64,000 bases of DNA, from the IMG/VR virus record IMGVR_UViG_3300033146_000946, positions 64,001 to 128,000 of that record; one strand, given 5' to 3'. The notes under the pieces were generated by a model that worked only from the letters and a program-made list of their open reading frames with translations, had not been told where the DNA came from and ran no database searches. The DNA comes from a virus. Below are positions 31,987-42,104 of this stretch, piece by piece. The stretch's first letter is position 1; each line of letters starts with the position of its first letter. A program made the position numbers and the translations under genes.

Positions 31987-32808
31987 TTAATCTATATATG
32001 TTTTAACATAATACATTAAATTATTAATAAATTCATCATCTAAATTATAAATATATTTTAATTCTTGTAAATCATAAGGTCTATCATACCCTATACCAAA
32101 TCTCATTTTAATAATATTTAAATATTCTATAGGAATATATTTTAATTCATTTAATATATTTGTTTGAAATTCTAATAATGCAGCAAATGTATTATCATTA
32201 GATAAATCATCTATATTATTAGTTGTGAAACTTGAATCACTCATAGAGTTTAATTCTATTAATGTTAATAATTGTATTATAATTTCTCTTTTTAATTCAA
32301 TATTTCGATTTAATAATACATTTTGAATTTCTTCAACAGTAGGTTCAAAACCATTATTATTCATTGTCAATTCTTCTTTTATATCTGTTATATGTTTTAT
32401 AAATCTAGCAATATTTCGATTAACTGATATAACTTTATTTTTCTTAATATAATCTATTAAACATTTTTTAACATAATGATATGCGAATGTTGTAAAATTA
32501 ACACCACGATAAACATCGAATCTATCTATTGCTTCTATTATACCCATTTGTGCTTGTTGAAATAAATCATCAATAATATCACTATTATTTAATTTCTTAC
32601 AATATGTTATTGCATATTTCATAGCAAAACCACCATTAGATAATATTAATATATTTCTCAAATTATCATATTCTTCTTGATTATCTGGTAGATTTTCTCG
32701 CAATACATGCAATGTTTTAAATCTTTCTAAATTTTCATTTTTAGAAGGAAAAGGATATTTTTTAATATATCTATTTAATTGTATTTTTAATCGAACGAAA
32801 CTATCCAT
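31987..32808 (-). CDS. RNA polymerase sigma70-family factor
   Basis: Region 2 'DDLFQQAQMGIIEAIDRFDVYRGVNFTTFA', region 3 'EPTVEEI' and region 4 'IIKMRFGI'. Confidence 0.85.
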   Translation of the reverse strand: MDSFVRLKIQLNRYIKKYPFPSKNENLERFKTLHVLRENLPDNQEEYDNLRNILILSNGGFAMKYAITYCKKLNNSDIIDDLFQQAQMGIIEAIDRFDVYRGVNFTTFAYHYVKKCLIDYIKKNKVISVNRNIARFIKHITDIKEELTMNNNGFEPTVEEIQNVLLNRNIELKREIIIQLLTLIELNSMSDSSFTTNNIDDLSNDNTFAALLEFQTNILNELKYIPIEYLNIIKMRFGIGYDRPYDLQELKYIYNLDDEFINNLMYYVKTYID

Positions 32809-33164
32809 TAGTTAATCCTTTCAACATAATTAGCATATTTATTATTTCTTTTAAATAAATCAACTAATTTTTTATTGTTATCAATAAGAAAATCAACTGA
32901 TGAATAATATGATTCATCTTTTATTTTATAATCCCAAATATATTCTGTTAAACCTACAGAATCAATATATCGTTTCATAGTAAGTAGTGATTCAGTTTTA
33001 GACCAAACGTTAATAAATTGACCTAAACCTATAAGATATTTAAATTCAGTGGCTAATGCTTCTGGATTACTATTTTTAATAATTTCGAAATCAATATAAG
33101 TTTTAAATTTAATTTGAAATTTATCTAATAATACTTCTTTTTCATCTGTTTTGTTTTCACTCAT
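32808..33164 (-). CDS. Hypothetical protein (118 aa)
   Basis: Translationally coupled ORF. Confidence 0.55.
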   Translation of the reverse strand: MSENKTDEKEVLLDKFQIKFKTYIDFEIIKNSNPEALATEFKYLIGLGQFINVWSKTESLLTMKRYIDSVGLTEYIWDYKIKDESYYSSVDFLIDNNKKLVDLFKRNNKYANYVERIN

Positions 33165-33577
33165 TATCTTCTCCTTGGTCTTTTAAACATAAGAGAACCA
33201 GCTCTTAATTTAGATAAAAGATATTTTCCTTTATCTTCCCATTTTTTAATAAGATTTATTAGACCGTGATATTCTACATGTGTCATCTCACCTTTAGCAT
33301 TATTACATTTAGAACAACAATAAGCAAGATTAGTTTCAGTAGTATCACCTCCACGAGAAAGAGGTATTTTATGATCAACAGATAAATTAGTACGAGTTAA
33401 TTTAACTCCACAATATTCACATTTACCTTTTAATTTTTCTTTAATTATTTCTGCATATTCAACACGTTTTGTTAAATAATTATATTTCTTTTTATATTTC
33501 TTGTGTCTTCTTTGAAAACCACCGATTAAACAATCAGCTTTCCATTTGAAGTAATCTGTTTTTTTATTATAAGCCAT
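33164..33577 (-). CDS. HNH endonuclease
   Basis: CEYCG...VDHKIPLSRGG....NL..CC..CNNAK; likely start at MAYNKK after GGGAG (track ORF extends to 33637). Confidence 0.85.
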   Translation of the reverse strand: MAYNKKTDYFKWKADCLIGGFQRRHKKYKKKYNYLTKRVEYAEIIKEKLKGKCEYCGVKLTRTNLSVDHKIPLSRGGDTTETNLAYCCSKCNNAKGEMTHVEYHGLINLIKKWEDKGKYLLSKLRAGSLMFKRPRRR

Positions 33578-33637
33578 AATAAATCTCCCATGATATATTA
33601 TATATAATATAACATAATTCACGGGAGATTGCAACAA

Positions 33638-33850
33638 TTAATTTATACAAATCGAATTTATTTCTTCTTTAAGATTTTCATTTTCAGGACTTACACTCAT
33701 AAATTCATGATCTTCATATATTCCGATAGTAGGAGTAAAAAATATTCTATTATATCTATTACCTTCTTCATCTTCAGAATAAATAACATCTAGATCTCCA
33801 AACTCATTATAAGTTTGTTGTAGTTCATTAATTAATTTAGATAATTTCAT
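33638..33850 (-). CDS. Small phage hypothetical protein (70 aa)
   Basis: 'GDLDV..S.DEEGN.Y' pattern. Confidence 0.55.
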   Translation of the reverse strand: MKLSKLINELQQTYNEFGDLDVIYSEDEEGNRYNRIFFTPTIGIYEDHEFMSVSPENENLKEEINSICIN

Positions 33851-33851
33851 A

Positions 33852-35273
33852 TTATTCTCCTTTTAAACCTAAAACCATATTTTGATTATTTATAATATCT
33901 TCAAGTGAATCAGCATCAGAATCATCTCTTAAAATTTTATATACTGGATGTAATAAAGAATAATTTCCTTCTTTATCTTGTGATAAACCATTACATTTAA
34001 TTTCAACAATTGAGTTTAATAATTCATCTCGACTATTCCATATTAAATCACGTTTATCATCTTTTATTCCACTAGCATCTGCTTTTAATAAACCATCAGA
34101 TGATTCACATTGCAATGAACCTAAAGTGTTAGCGTATTTAGTTCCTTTTTTACCAGGATTAAATCCTACTATCTTTAAATTTATAGTAAATTCTAATTTC
34201 ATTTTAATTTGATATACTGGTTTTTTATTTTCCCATATACCTTTTAAAGATTTAACAATTACACCTTCTTCACCTTTATTTAAAAGTTCTTTAAAGTAAG
34301 TCATTATACCTTTATATGAATGTAAGAATTTATATTCAACTAATCTAATAACATCAGTTAAAACTGGCATAGATTTTTCTAAAATTTCTAATCGTTTTTT
34401 TCTTATTTTTTTCCAAGGCTTATTTTCTTTATAAAATTTATATGGTAAGAAATCCCAAACTGTAACATAAACTTTGTCAACTATTTTTTCAAAGTCACCA
34501 TGTTTCTTTTTAAATTTTTCTAAATCTTTTTCAATATTTTCACCAGCTAATTCTTTTTCAGTTATTTTAATAATACTATTTAATATTCCATTAGCTTCAT
34601 ATCTAGAATAACCTTCTAACATTAATTCACCATTGAATACTATACCATCATCAATATTATTATTTTTTGCTAAATATATCGCAGTATATTTAGCAGTATT
34701 TATCAATTTTTTATTATTAATAAATGATGGTTTTCCTTGTCTAGATACCATTTCTACAATATTATCATGAACAATAATATTAACATATCTACCATCCATT
34801 TTAACATCTACTTCAACCATATCATTATCTTTTATAACATTTAATATTTTTTCTTTATCAAACGTTACAGCACCCATATATGGTGTAACAGGTATAAGAT
34901 TAGGAATAGCTTTATTAATAGTTGATATATTACAATCTAATTTTAAATTACGATCTAAAATTCTTTTAATAACAACTTCGTCGTCATGATCTAATTTAGC
35001 TAACATATATCTAACTTGATCTATTGCTTTATTACCAACATATTTTCTATTAGATATATCTTCTAATAAATCTAAACCATTTAGTAATTCATATTCACCA
35101 GTAGATTTAATATCTATATCAACATCTTTAATTCGATATATATAATTTGGATCATATGCTAGTTTTAATACTCTAATAAATAATTTATTAGATTTATATT
35201 TTTTAATTAATTCTATTTTTTTATTTTTACTATTTTCTTCTGATATAATATTTAATATATCTAATATATTCAT
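33852..35273 (-). CDS. lig: ATP-dependent DNA ligase (T4 gp30-like)
   Basis: Motif I KMDG.Y, FNGEL, EEGVIVK and a C-terminal OB domain. Confidence 0.9.
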   Translation of the reverse strand: MNILDILNIISEENSKNKKIELIKKYKSNKLFIRVLKLAYDPNYIYRIKDVDIDIKSTGEYELLNGLDLLEDISNRKYVGNKAIDQVRYMLAKLDHDDEVVIKRILDRNLKLDCNISTINKAIPNLIPVTPYMGAVTFDKEKILNVIKDNDMVEVDVKMDGRYVNIIVHDNIVEMVSRQGKPSFINNKKLINTAKYTAIYLAKNNNIDDGIVFNGELMLEGYSRYEANGILNSIIKITEKELAGENIEKDLEKFKKKHGDFEKIVDKVYVTVWDFLPYKFYKENKPWKKIRKKRLEILEKSMPVLTDVIRLVEYKFLHSYKGIMTYFKELLNKGEEGVIVKSLKGIWENKKPVYQIKMKLEFTINLKIVGFNPGKKGTKYANTLGSLQCESSDGLLKADASGIKDDKRDLIWNSRDELLNSIVEIKCNGLSQDKEGNYSLLHPVYKILRDDSDADSLEDIINNQNMVLGLKGE

Positions 35274-35364
35274 TATAAAATCCTTTCAATAAATGCTTTA
35301 CATTTATTTTTAGTTATATAAATTTTTTTATCATTTTCATTTATTAATATAAACATATAGTCTC

Positions 35365-36459
35365 CTAAAATTTATCATGAATATGAGTAACACGTACAAA
35401 TGTAGCACATTTACCAAAGTCTTTTATATCACCAGCACCAATATAGGTTCCAGTAGAACGAAGTCCACCTAATAAATCTTTTATAATATTATTAACAGAT
35501 CCTTGATATTGTACAGTTGTTACTATTCCTTCAGATGCACGATAATCTTTTTTACCACCAAAATGTTGTTCTTGAGCATAATCAGAACTCATACCATAAA
35601 ATACCATTTTTTGTTCAGTAATAATTTCATTTACCCATTTCCCATCTATCCATGTCATCGTTGGTAATTTAACATCTTCAGAAGATATTTCACCTTCTTG
35701 TTCATCTGTACCAGCAAACATACCACCTAACATTACCATGTCTGCATTAGCACAGAATGCTTTTGCCACATCACCAGGAGTTCGCATGCCTCCGTCCAAT
35801 ATAATACCCCCACCAAGACCATGGGCAGCATCTGCACATTCAATAGCAGCAGAAAGTTGAGGATACCCAACTCCAGTTTGTTTACGAGTAGTACATACTG
35901 AACCAGGTCCAATTCCAATTTTAACATAATCAGCTCCAGCTATAATTAATTCTTCTGTCATTTCAGGTGTTGCAACATTTCCAGCTATAATAACATGATG
36001 TGAAAAATGTGATCTGACTTTTTTAACAAAGTCAGCAAAATTTTGAGTATAACCATTAGCTATATCAATAACAATTTTAAGATGTTTTAAATCTTTAGAA
36101 TTATTAGCATATATCTCATGTGCAAAATCACATAATGAATAAAATTCATCATCATTCATTCCAATTGTATAAAATCCATATTTTAATATATCTGAATTTT
36201 TTTTATATTCTTCTAACCATTGTTTATTATTATGTTTAGCAACTGCTACAAACATTTGTTCTTCTTTAAATGCTTTAACCATGGCAAATGAACCAGTAGC
36301 CATATTAGCTGCCATAATTGGTACACCTGAAAATTGATCACCATATTTTGGTTTAAATGTTTTAATAAGATTAACTTCTTTCCGACTAGATAAAGTTGAT
36401 CTTTTTGGTTTTATAAGTACATCTGAAAAATCTAATTTTATATCATTTTCAATTATCAT
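35365..36459 (-). CDS. guaC: GMP reductase
   Basis: KLDFSDVLIKPKRSTL.SR, DIANGY, KIGIGPGSVCTTR..TGVGYPQLSA, FYGMSS and YRASEG. Confidence 0.93.
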   Translation of the reverse strand: MIIENDIKLDFSDVLIKPKRSTLSSRKEVNLIKTFKPKYGDQFSGVPIMAANMATGSFAMVKAFKEEQMFVAVAKHNNKQWLEEYKKNSDILKYGFYTIGMNDDEFYSLCDFAHEIYANNSKDLKHLKIVIDIANGYTQNFADFVKKVRSHFSHHVIIAGNVATPEMTEELIIAGADYVKIGIGPGSVCTTRKQTGVGYPQLSAAIECADAAHGLGGGIILDGGMRTPGDVAKAFCANADMVMLGGMFAGTDEQEGEISSEDVKLPTMTWIDGKWVNEIITEQKMVFYGMSSDYAQEQHFGGKKDYRASEGIVTTVQYQGSVNNIIKDLLGGLRSTGTYIGAGDIKDFGKCATFVRVTHIHDKF

Positions 36460-36468
36460 AATCAATCC

Positions 36469-36697
36469 TTAATCGTTAAATTTATGAAATTCTTCTGTTG
36501 GCATCATTAAACAATCTTCTGAGTTTTCTGATATAAAAATAGTAGTACCTATTCTTAAATCTCTTTTTTCTGGTAAAAACTCACAACCATATTCAGTTAA
36601 CCATTTAATTATATCTTCATAATTACTTGTATCTGTAACATCATGATAATATAATTTTAATCCAAATGCATTAACTAATTTAAATATTTTACTCATC
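36469..36697 (-). CDS. Hypothetical protein
   Basis: Track ORF is 36469-36753; the internal start MSKIFK region is more plausible. Confidence 0.4.
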
Positions 36698-36970
36698 AAG
36701 CTCCTCATATGTTTTAAAAAAGATATCAGGTTTACATGCATAAAATTCACCATTTATACCTTTAATAATATAATCATTTTCAGTTGCTTTCATTGGGCCT
36801 TCTAAAGTATCTATAGTACATATTGCTAAACAATTTATACATTTAGGTATTAATAATGTATGAGCTACATTATTAGTAAATGTTTTTATTTCATTCCAAT
36901 TATCTCTAGTAAATTGAACTGCTTCAATTTTAATCGGTTTCTTCTGATAATGTTTTATCATATTCTTCAT
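36689..36970 (-). CDS. Conserved small phage protein (KKP..IEAVQ / TLEG / CKPDIF family)
   Basis: Characteristic 'KKPIKIEAVQF...IDTLEG.M.A...DYIIKG..GEFY.CKPDIF..TYE' pattern. Confidence 0.75.
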   Translation of the reverse strand: MKNMIKHYQKKPIKIEAVQFTRDNWNEIKTFTNNVAHTLLIPKCINCLAICTIDTLEGPMKATENDYIIKGINGEFYACKPDIFFKTYEELDE

Positions 36971-37070
36971 CCAATCGTTGATGATAACCTAATAATATAC
37001 CAAATGAAAATCCAATAGAAATACCTATTAATAGACATCCAATAATTATTCCAGGTAATAGTATATTCAT
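36930..37070 (-). CDS. Small single-pass membrane protein (46 aa) with a glycine zipper, missing from the ORF track
   Basis: Hand translation: MNILLPGIIIGCLLIGISIGFSFGILLGYHQRLDEEYDKTLSEETD. Confidence 0.5.
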   Translation of the reverse strand: MNILLPGIIIGCLLIGISIGFSFGILLGYHQRLDEEYDKTLSEETD

Positions 37071-37072
37071 AA

Positions 37073-37330
37073 TTATTTCCTTATCATTTTATCTATTTCA
37101 TCCATCATTTTATTATAATTTTCGACATCATGTGGAAATGTACATGAACTACAATCTTTATAACCAGATGGAAGATATTTTGCATCACCATTTAAAATTC
37201 CAGGACAATCTGTTTTAGTTTGTAATGGACAATAACAAAATAAACAATTTAAAACCTTACCATTCATATCATGACAAGGATAATATTCGCAATTTTTATT
37301 AGTAAAAAATTGATAATGTTTTACTATCAT
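37073..37330 (-). CDS. Cysteine-rich small domain protein
   Basis: FF.N..CEYYPCH...NCLFCYCPL...C...KDCS.C..PH. Confidence 0.8.
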   Translation of the reverse strand: MIVKHYQFFTNKNCEYYPCHDMNGKVLNCLFCYCPLQTKTDCPGILNGDAKYLPSGYKDCSSCTFPHDVENYNKMMDEIDKMIRK

Positions 37331-37588
37331 AATATATTAGTCCCAGTTATTATAGTATAGACTGTGACCCAATTGATAAGATTTAATGGTGGAACTTTTT
37401 TAGTTTTATTATAATATTCACAACATTCTTGAGGTGTCATATTTATACCTCATCATTTAATGTTATTACTATATCTTTATTAAAATATATTTTAGTTAAT
37501 CTTTTAATTTCAGTAATATCCATATTATAAATATCACCAAAAGAAAATCCAGATTTTTCTGCTAATAATATACAAAATTCTTCTACAT

Positions 37589-37810
37589 TCATAGTATATC
37601 CTTTATATTTTGTTCAAATTTCATATCACATTTACAGCAATGATAATATATTTTTTTATTACATTTATGTACTATTCTAATTTGATGTTTATGTTCTTTA
37701 TTTTTCCAATATTCAAATTTTTTCATTTCATCAGATGTAAATGATTCTTCAAAATATCCTCTACCTTCTGTTCTACAATAACAAGGATATAAAGATAATT
37801 GTTTACTCAT
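37589..37810 (-). CDS. Small Cys/His-rich hypothetical protein
   Basis: CxC ... CxxC pattern, with RBS. Confidence 0.45.
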   Translation of the reverse strand: MSKQLSLYPCYCRTEGRGYFEESFTSDEMKKFEYWKNKEHKHQIRIVHKCNKKIYYHCCKCDMKFEQNIKDIL

Positions 37811-37835
37811 ATATATTCCTTATTTTACATTCATA

Positions 37836-37860
37836 AAAATAGGGAGGATTACTCCTCCCA
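37836..37860 (-). terminator. Terminator after nrdJ
   Basis: GGGAGGA-N4-TCCTCCC hairpin followed by a T-rich run on the minus strand. Confidence 0.75.
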
Positions 37861-37865
37861 TTTAT

Positions 37866-38801
37866 TTAAATTGAACTAACTTCACAAGCTCCGCCTGAGC
37901 AAGCAAGTTCACCACTTAAATCGGTATTATCTTGTGTTTCAATTATATCATTAATATTAAAATCCTTAATAGCATTATTTAATTTAGAAATTAAATCAGC
38001 ATATTTAGCTTTTGATATATCTTCAAATGGCATTTGTGGATAAGTACCACCATCTAAAGGAAGAACTGAAATACCATGATAATGTTTTCTATTTTCCCAC
38101 ATCCAATTACCAACTTCTTCCCATTGATTTTTATCAATAGAAACAGTAACTGAAACATTATGAGTATTAGCACCTTCTTTATGACCAGCTTTAATCCATT
38201 TATCGTGTACTAATTTAGTTCGTTCTAAAAGATCAATTGGACTTTCATTTCTAAAAATAGCACCTTCAGGAGCAGCAATTGGTACTGTTAATACTGCTGT
38301 TGTATTAGGTGAGAAATAATCATCTTCTAAAAATTCTTTTGGAAGTAATTCAGAAAGATATTTATAAATTGCTTCATCTTTATTAATTCGCATACGACGC
38401 ACATAATAAGGAGCATGCCATGCATGTATACCAGATGAAGTTTTACCAACTAAACTAGCAGTTCCACTAGGTTTTACTGTTGTTATTCTTTTACCTGTAT
38501 TAATACTAATTAATTCAGCAATTCTTTCATTTTCTTTTACAGCTTCTTTACCAGCTTCTTCCATATCTAATTTAAGTACATCACCAGAAGCAATACCTGT
38601 CATCGAAACACCTAATAAGGCATCATTATCAGCATTTTCTTTCCAATCAGATCTTAGATAATGAAAGTTAGTATAACCAGCTTGCAATGTACCTAAAAAT
38701 GCAGCAGCACGAGCTCTAGCATTATATTCTTCTTGAGAATCAATTCCAGATGCGATAATTTCTGTCAAATTACAATATCCTTTTGATTGTAAACTTATTT
38801 C
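37866..38801 (-). CDS. nrdJ: Class II (AdoCbl-dependent) ribonucleotide reductase, exon 2
   Basis: Begins EISLQSKGYCNLTE, and contains TTVKPSGT, HNVSVTV and the C-terminal ACSGGACEV. Confidence 0.9.
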   Translation of the reverse strand, partial: EISLQSKGYCNLTEIIASGIDSQEEYNARARAAAFLGTLQAGYTNFHYLRSDWKENADNDALLGVSMTGIASGDVLKLDMEEAGKEAVKENERIAELISINTGKRITTVKPSGTASLVGKTSSGIHAWHAPYYVRRMRINKDEAIYKYLSELLPKEFLEDDYFSPNTTAVLTVPIAAPEGAIFRNESPIDLLERTKLVHDKWIKAGHKEGANTHNVSVTVSIDKNQWEEVGNWMWENRKHYHGISVLPLDGGTYPQMPFEDISKAKYADLISKLNNAIKDFNINDIIETQDNTDLSGELACSGGACEVSSI

Positions 38802-39721
38802 CTATGAGCAGATAAACTAATATCTGACATTTCGACTATATCTTCAACTTTATATAACATACATTTTGGTATATCAGATAAAAATGGTTTAATAAAATTA
38901 TAAAAAAACTTTAAATCGTTTTCTTTACCTTTACATATAATAGATGTTCCATCTTCTCTAGCATCTATATCAAATGTTTTTAAAACATCAATAGCTTTTA
39001 ATCTAAGTTTTTTATCACGTTTACAACATATTGAAATATTTTGATTATATGAACCATCATCTAAAAACCATAGTAACCAACCAAAATTGGTTAATTTAGT
39101 AATAGCTTCTAATTCAGATATAATATCTATATTTCCTAATGGTGTATAATAATCTCCATAAATGTGACCTTGTTTATGTGTTCTTATATTAACAATTGAA
39201 CTAGTTTTAGGATATGCTTTATTTAACATAGAAACTTTCCATTTTAAATATGGAATTTGTTTTTCTCCATGTATAATGCGTAATCCATGACTTTTCTTAT
39301 TATAAGAACCATCTCCCAATAATTGAGAATAAATAATACTTCTATTATCTTCTCTAATAGGTACATAATTTGTATCTAATTTTTCACTTAAAATTTTTAA
39401 TCTAGCTTTTTTAAAAGTAGATACTGAGAAATATCTATCAAATATACCTTTAGTTAAGTTATTAGGTAAATTTAAAGTTTCAAAAAACATTTTACTATTT
39501 GATGATTCTAAAAGTATTTCAATTATTTCTTGTCTACTAGGAAATATATTTTTTATAATATATTCTCTTGGTGACATTTTAAAAATACTTTTAAATCTAT
39601 TATAAATAGTTTTTTCACATACAGAATATTTATTTGTTAAATATTCTATTTTAGTAGCAAAATAAGAATAGTCTTTCTTATTAATTGCTTCTTGTATAAT
39701 TTTATTAAAATCATTTATCAT
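38795..39721 (-). CDS. Intron-encoded LAGLIDADG homing endonuclease
   Basis: Two motifs, 'IYSQLLGDGS' and 'LLWFLDDGS'; lies between the R and S elements. Confidence 0.88.
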   Translation of the reverse strand: MINDFNKIIQEAINKKDYSYFATKIEYLTNKYSVCEKTIYNRFKSIFKMSPREYIIKNIFPSRQEIIEILLESSNSKMFFETLNLPNNLTKGIFDRYFSVSTFKKARLKILSEKLDTNYVPIREDNRSIIYSQLLGDGSYNKKSHGLRIIHGEKQIPYLKWKVSMLNKAYPKTSSIVNIRTHKQGHIYGDYYTPLGNIDIISELEAITKLTNFGWLLWFLDDGSYNQNISICCKRDKKLRLKAIDVLKTFDIDAREDGTSIICKGKENDLKFFYNFIKPFLSDIPKCMLYKVEDIVEMSDISLSAHRK

Positions 39722-39893
39722 TTTTATACCTCACATTATTATATAAAGTGCTTCGCACTATTAGTCTGTGAACCTTCCTAATTTATAATTAGGCTTGGCT
39801 GCTGATTGTCCAACGCTTTCGCTTTAACAGAGTCCCAGCAGTTCACGAAGTTTTTTAACTTAGATCACTCTAAGCAGCTGCCAAATAATTCAA
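38802..39893 (-). mobile_element. Group I self-splicing intron (1,092 nt) in nrdJ
   Basis: The 5' exon ends in U (TGT) and the intron ends in G. P (AACTGCTGGGA), Q (AATCAGCAG), R (TTCACAGACTA) and S (GAAGATATAGTC) elements are present. Splicing restores NPCC|EISL in frame. Confidence 0.9.
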
Positions 39894-40979
39894 ACAGCAA
39901 GGATTAGATCCTAATTCTTTATCATTAGTCCAATAAATACCAGGTTCACCAGCACCAGATGCTTTTACTTGTTTCCATATTTTATCAAATATATTTCTAT
40001 CAACTTTATCATATTCAAGAACAATTGAATTATTTGCTCGACCTCTTTGTGGTTCAAAAATATACCAAGGTAATTTTTTTGATTCTTGATACTCAGTATA
40101 TTGTGATTTAGAAATAAAAACTTCTTTTCTAACTCCATTATAAGAACCTTCAAGAATTACCATGTCTCCTTCAAATCTAGGAGCCATAGTAGTTTCAAAA
40201 TTAATATAACCTTTACAGTTTAACATTTCATTATCTTCAAGTGAAAATAAAGATATTAAAGCCGAACGTCTAATACCACCAGCTAATACTGCATCTGATA
40301 TATAACATAATATGTCATGTACTTCTAACGGTGTTAAGTTAGTTTCACCTCGTGTTTCTATAATTTTATCTAATTTTTCTGATACGATATCAATACATTC
40401 TTTTAATGGTTCTGGTCCAGGTGCTTTACCACCTGCTGTAACTAATTCAGTTCCTTTTGCTCTAATATCAGAATAATCAAAAACAATTCTTGATGAACCT
40501 TTAAAATATGATTTCATTAACATTTTAATTGACTCAGCCCAACCTTCTATTGAATCTCCAATAAGATATCTTTTATGTTTTTTAGAAGATGGCGCTTTAA
40601 CTGTAGGTAATTTTTCTACATGATGTTGTTGTACACTAAATCCAACACCAGATCCACCAAGTAAATTAAACATAGTTTCATTAAATACAGATGGATGATC
40701 AGCAGCAACATATGCACAATTATAAATTCGGTTTGGTGCTACTTCAATTGCTCTTCCAGCAAATTGTAAGCTTCTCATACTTGGAAATATTTTTTTTGGT
40801 ATTACAAATTTTCCATATAATTCATATATTTCATCTGCAATATTAGGATATCGTTTTGCATGCATATCAGCGTTTCTTTGACAAATCTCAATCCAGTTTT
40901 CTCGTCGTTGTAATGATTTATTATATTTAGCATATTTACTATAAATCACAATCTGTGATAAAAATTCTTTTGAATCCAT
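39894..40979 (-). CDS. nrdJ: Class II ribonucleotide reductase, exon 1
   Basis: YSKYAKY...RRE.W, PSMRSLQF.G, YNCA, GSGVGFSVQ, GGIRRSALISL and GEPG..W.....SNPCC. Confidence 0.9.
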
Positions 40980-40999
40980 TAAACCTCCATAATAAAGAT

Positions 41000-41022
41000 A
41001 AAAAAAGGAACTTTTGTTCCTT
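41000..41022 (-). terminator. Terminator-like hairpin just upstream of nrdJ
   Basis: AAGGAAC-AAAA-GTTCCTT followed by a T-run on the minus strand. Confidence 0.55.
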
Positions 41023-41052
41023 ATATTTTGAGTGAGTATTTTATAGTATACA

Positions 41053-41418
41053 TTATATTTTATGTTTTTGCTGAATTATTTTTTGCTGTATACTACCATT
41101 TAATTGTGTGTCTAATTTTAACATTATTTTTTTTAAATTATCTAATTCGTTTTTAATATTATTATAATCTTCTTTTAATTTAATATTTTCTTGTAATATT
41201 ATTTTTAATTCTGCACCTGATAATTCATAATCTGGTTCAAATACAAAATGAGCATTATCATTTATATATATTTGTTGAGTATATTCATTATTAAAAGCTG
41301 CTATATAACTTGGATTACTAATATATATTGAAGATAATAAATTATCATCTTGAGTTACTCTAATTTCACCACTTGGTATTATTTGTGAATTATCTATTTG
41401 TGGATTTCTAATATTCAT
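41053..41418 (-). CDS. Hypothetical protein with C-terminal coiled coil (MNIR N-terminus)
   Basis: ORF track. Confidence 0.5.
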   Translation of the reverse strand: MNIRNPQIDNSQIIPSGEIRVTQDDNLLSSIYISNPSYIAAFNNEYTQQIYINDNAHFVFEPDYELSGAELKIILQENIKLKEDYNNIKNELDNLKKIMLKLDTQLNGSIQQKIIQQKHKI

Positions 41419-41420
41419 AT

Positions 41421-41762
41421 TTAATCCTTTATTAAATTATCTAAATTTCCATTACGCCATGTATCACAAAGTGTATAACCTTCTGATCTTTCAGTTTCAT
41501 ATTGTAAAACATAACCACCAGATGAAGGAATAATATTTTTTAATATAATATAATTTTTGGATTTAATTGAATGGATACCTCTTTTAGTACCAGGAATATA
41601 AATTCGATTATGGCAATTAGGACATAAAGTGACAAGATTAAATTTATTATTCTTGCCACCTTGTGATTTTGGAATTATATGGTGAAAATGTATTTGATGT
41701 TTATCTAATGTTGTATAAACACAACCAGGTGCTTCACATTTATATACTGTTAATTCTTTCAT
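41421..41762 (-). CDS. HNH endonuclease-like protein
   Basis: C...GC...HFHHIIPKSQGG.N...NLV.LCPNCH. Confidence 0.8.
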   Translation of the reverse strand: MKELTVYKCEAPGCVYTTLDKHQIHFHHIIPKSQGGKNNKFNLVTLCPNCHNRIYIPGTKRGIHSIKSKNYIILKNIIPSSGGYVLQYETERSEGYTLCDTWRNGNLDNLIKD

Positions 41763-42096
41763 CTAAATCTTCCCAAGGAATAAATAAAATTATACGTTGA
41801 TCTTTTTCATGCATTACAAATTGAGCTCTATCTAAAATATTTTTTTCTTCTTTTGTTTCAGGAATTAACTTTACAAAATCTTCATAATCATTATCTTTAT
41901 CAATATAATTTTCATCTTCATAATAATAATTAAAAGATATATATTCATTATCATCTATAGGAACATTTAAATAATAAGTAGTAGAATCAGGATATACATA
42001 TTTATAAATTGTATTAATTATTAATTTTGGAAATTTTCCATCATAATCATAATGTGCAGATTGAATAATTTTATTATTTTTTATTTTAAGTTTCAT
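41740..42096 (-). CDS. Hypothetical protein (118 aa)
   Basis: ORF track, with RBS. Confidence 0.5.
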   Translation of the reverse strand: MKLKIKNNKIIQSAHYDYDGKFPKLIINTIYKYVYPDSTTYYLNVPIDDNEYISFNYYYEDENYIDKDNDYEDFVKLIPETKEEKNILDRAQFVMHEKDQRIILFIPWEDLDERINSI

Positions 42097-42104
42097 AATA
42101 TATC

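Noticed and set aside
37866-40979. nrdJ as a pseudogene or two-subunit split gene
   Set aside because: Group I intron boundaries restore a continuous frame and the catalytic motif.
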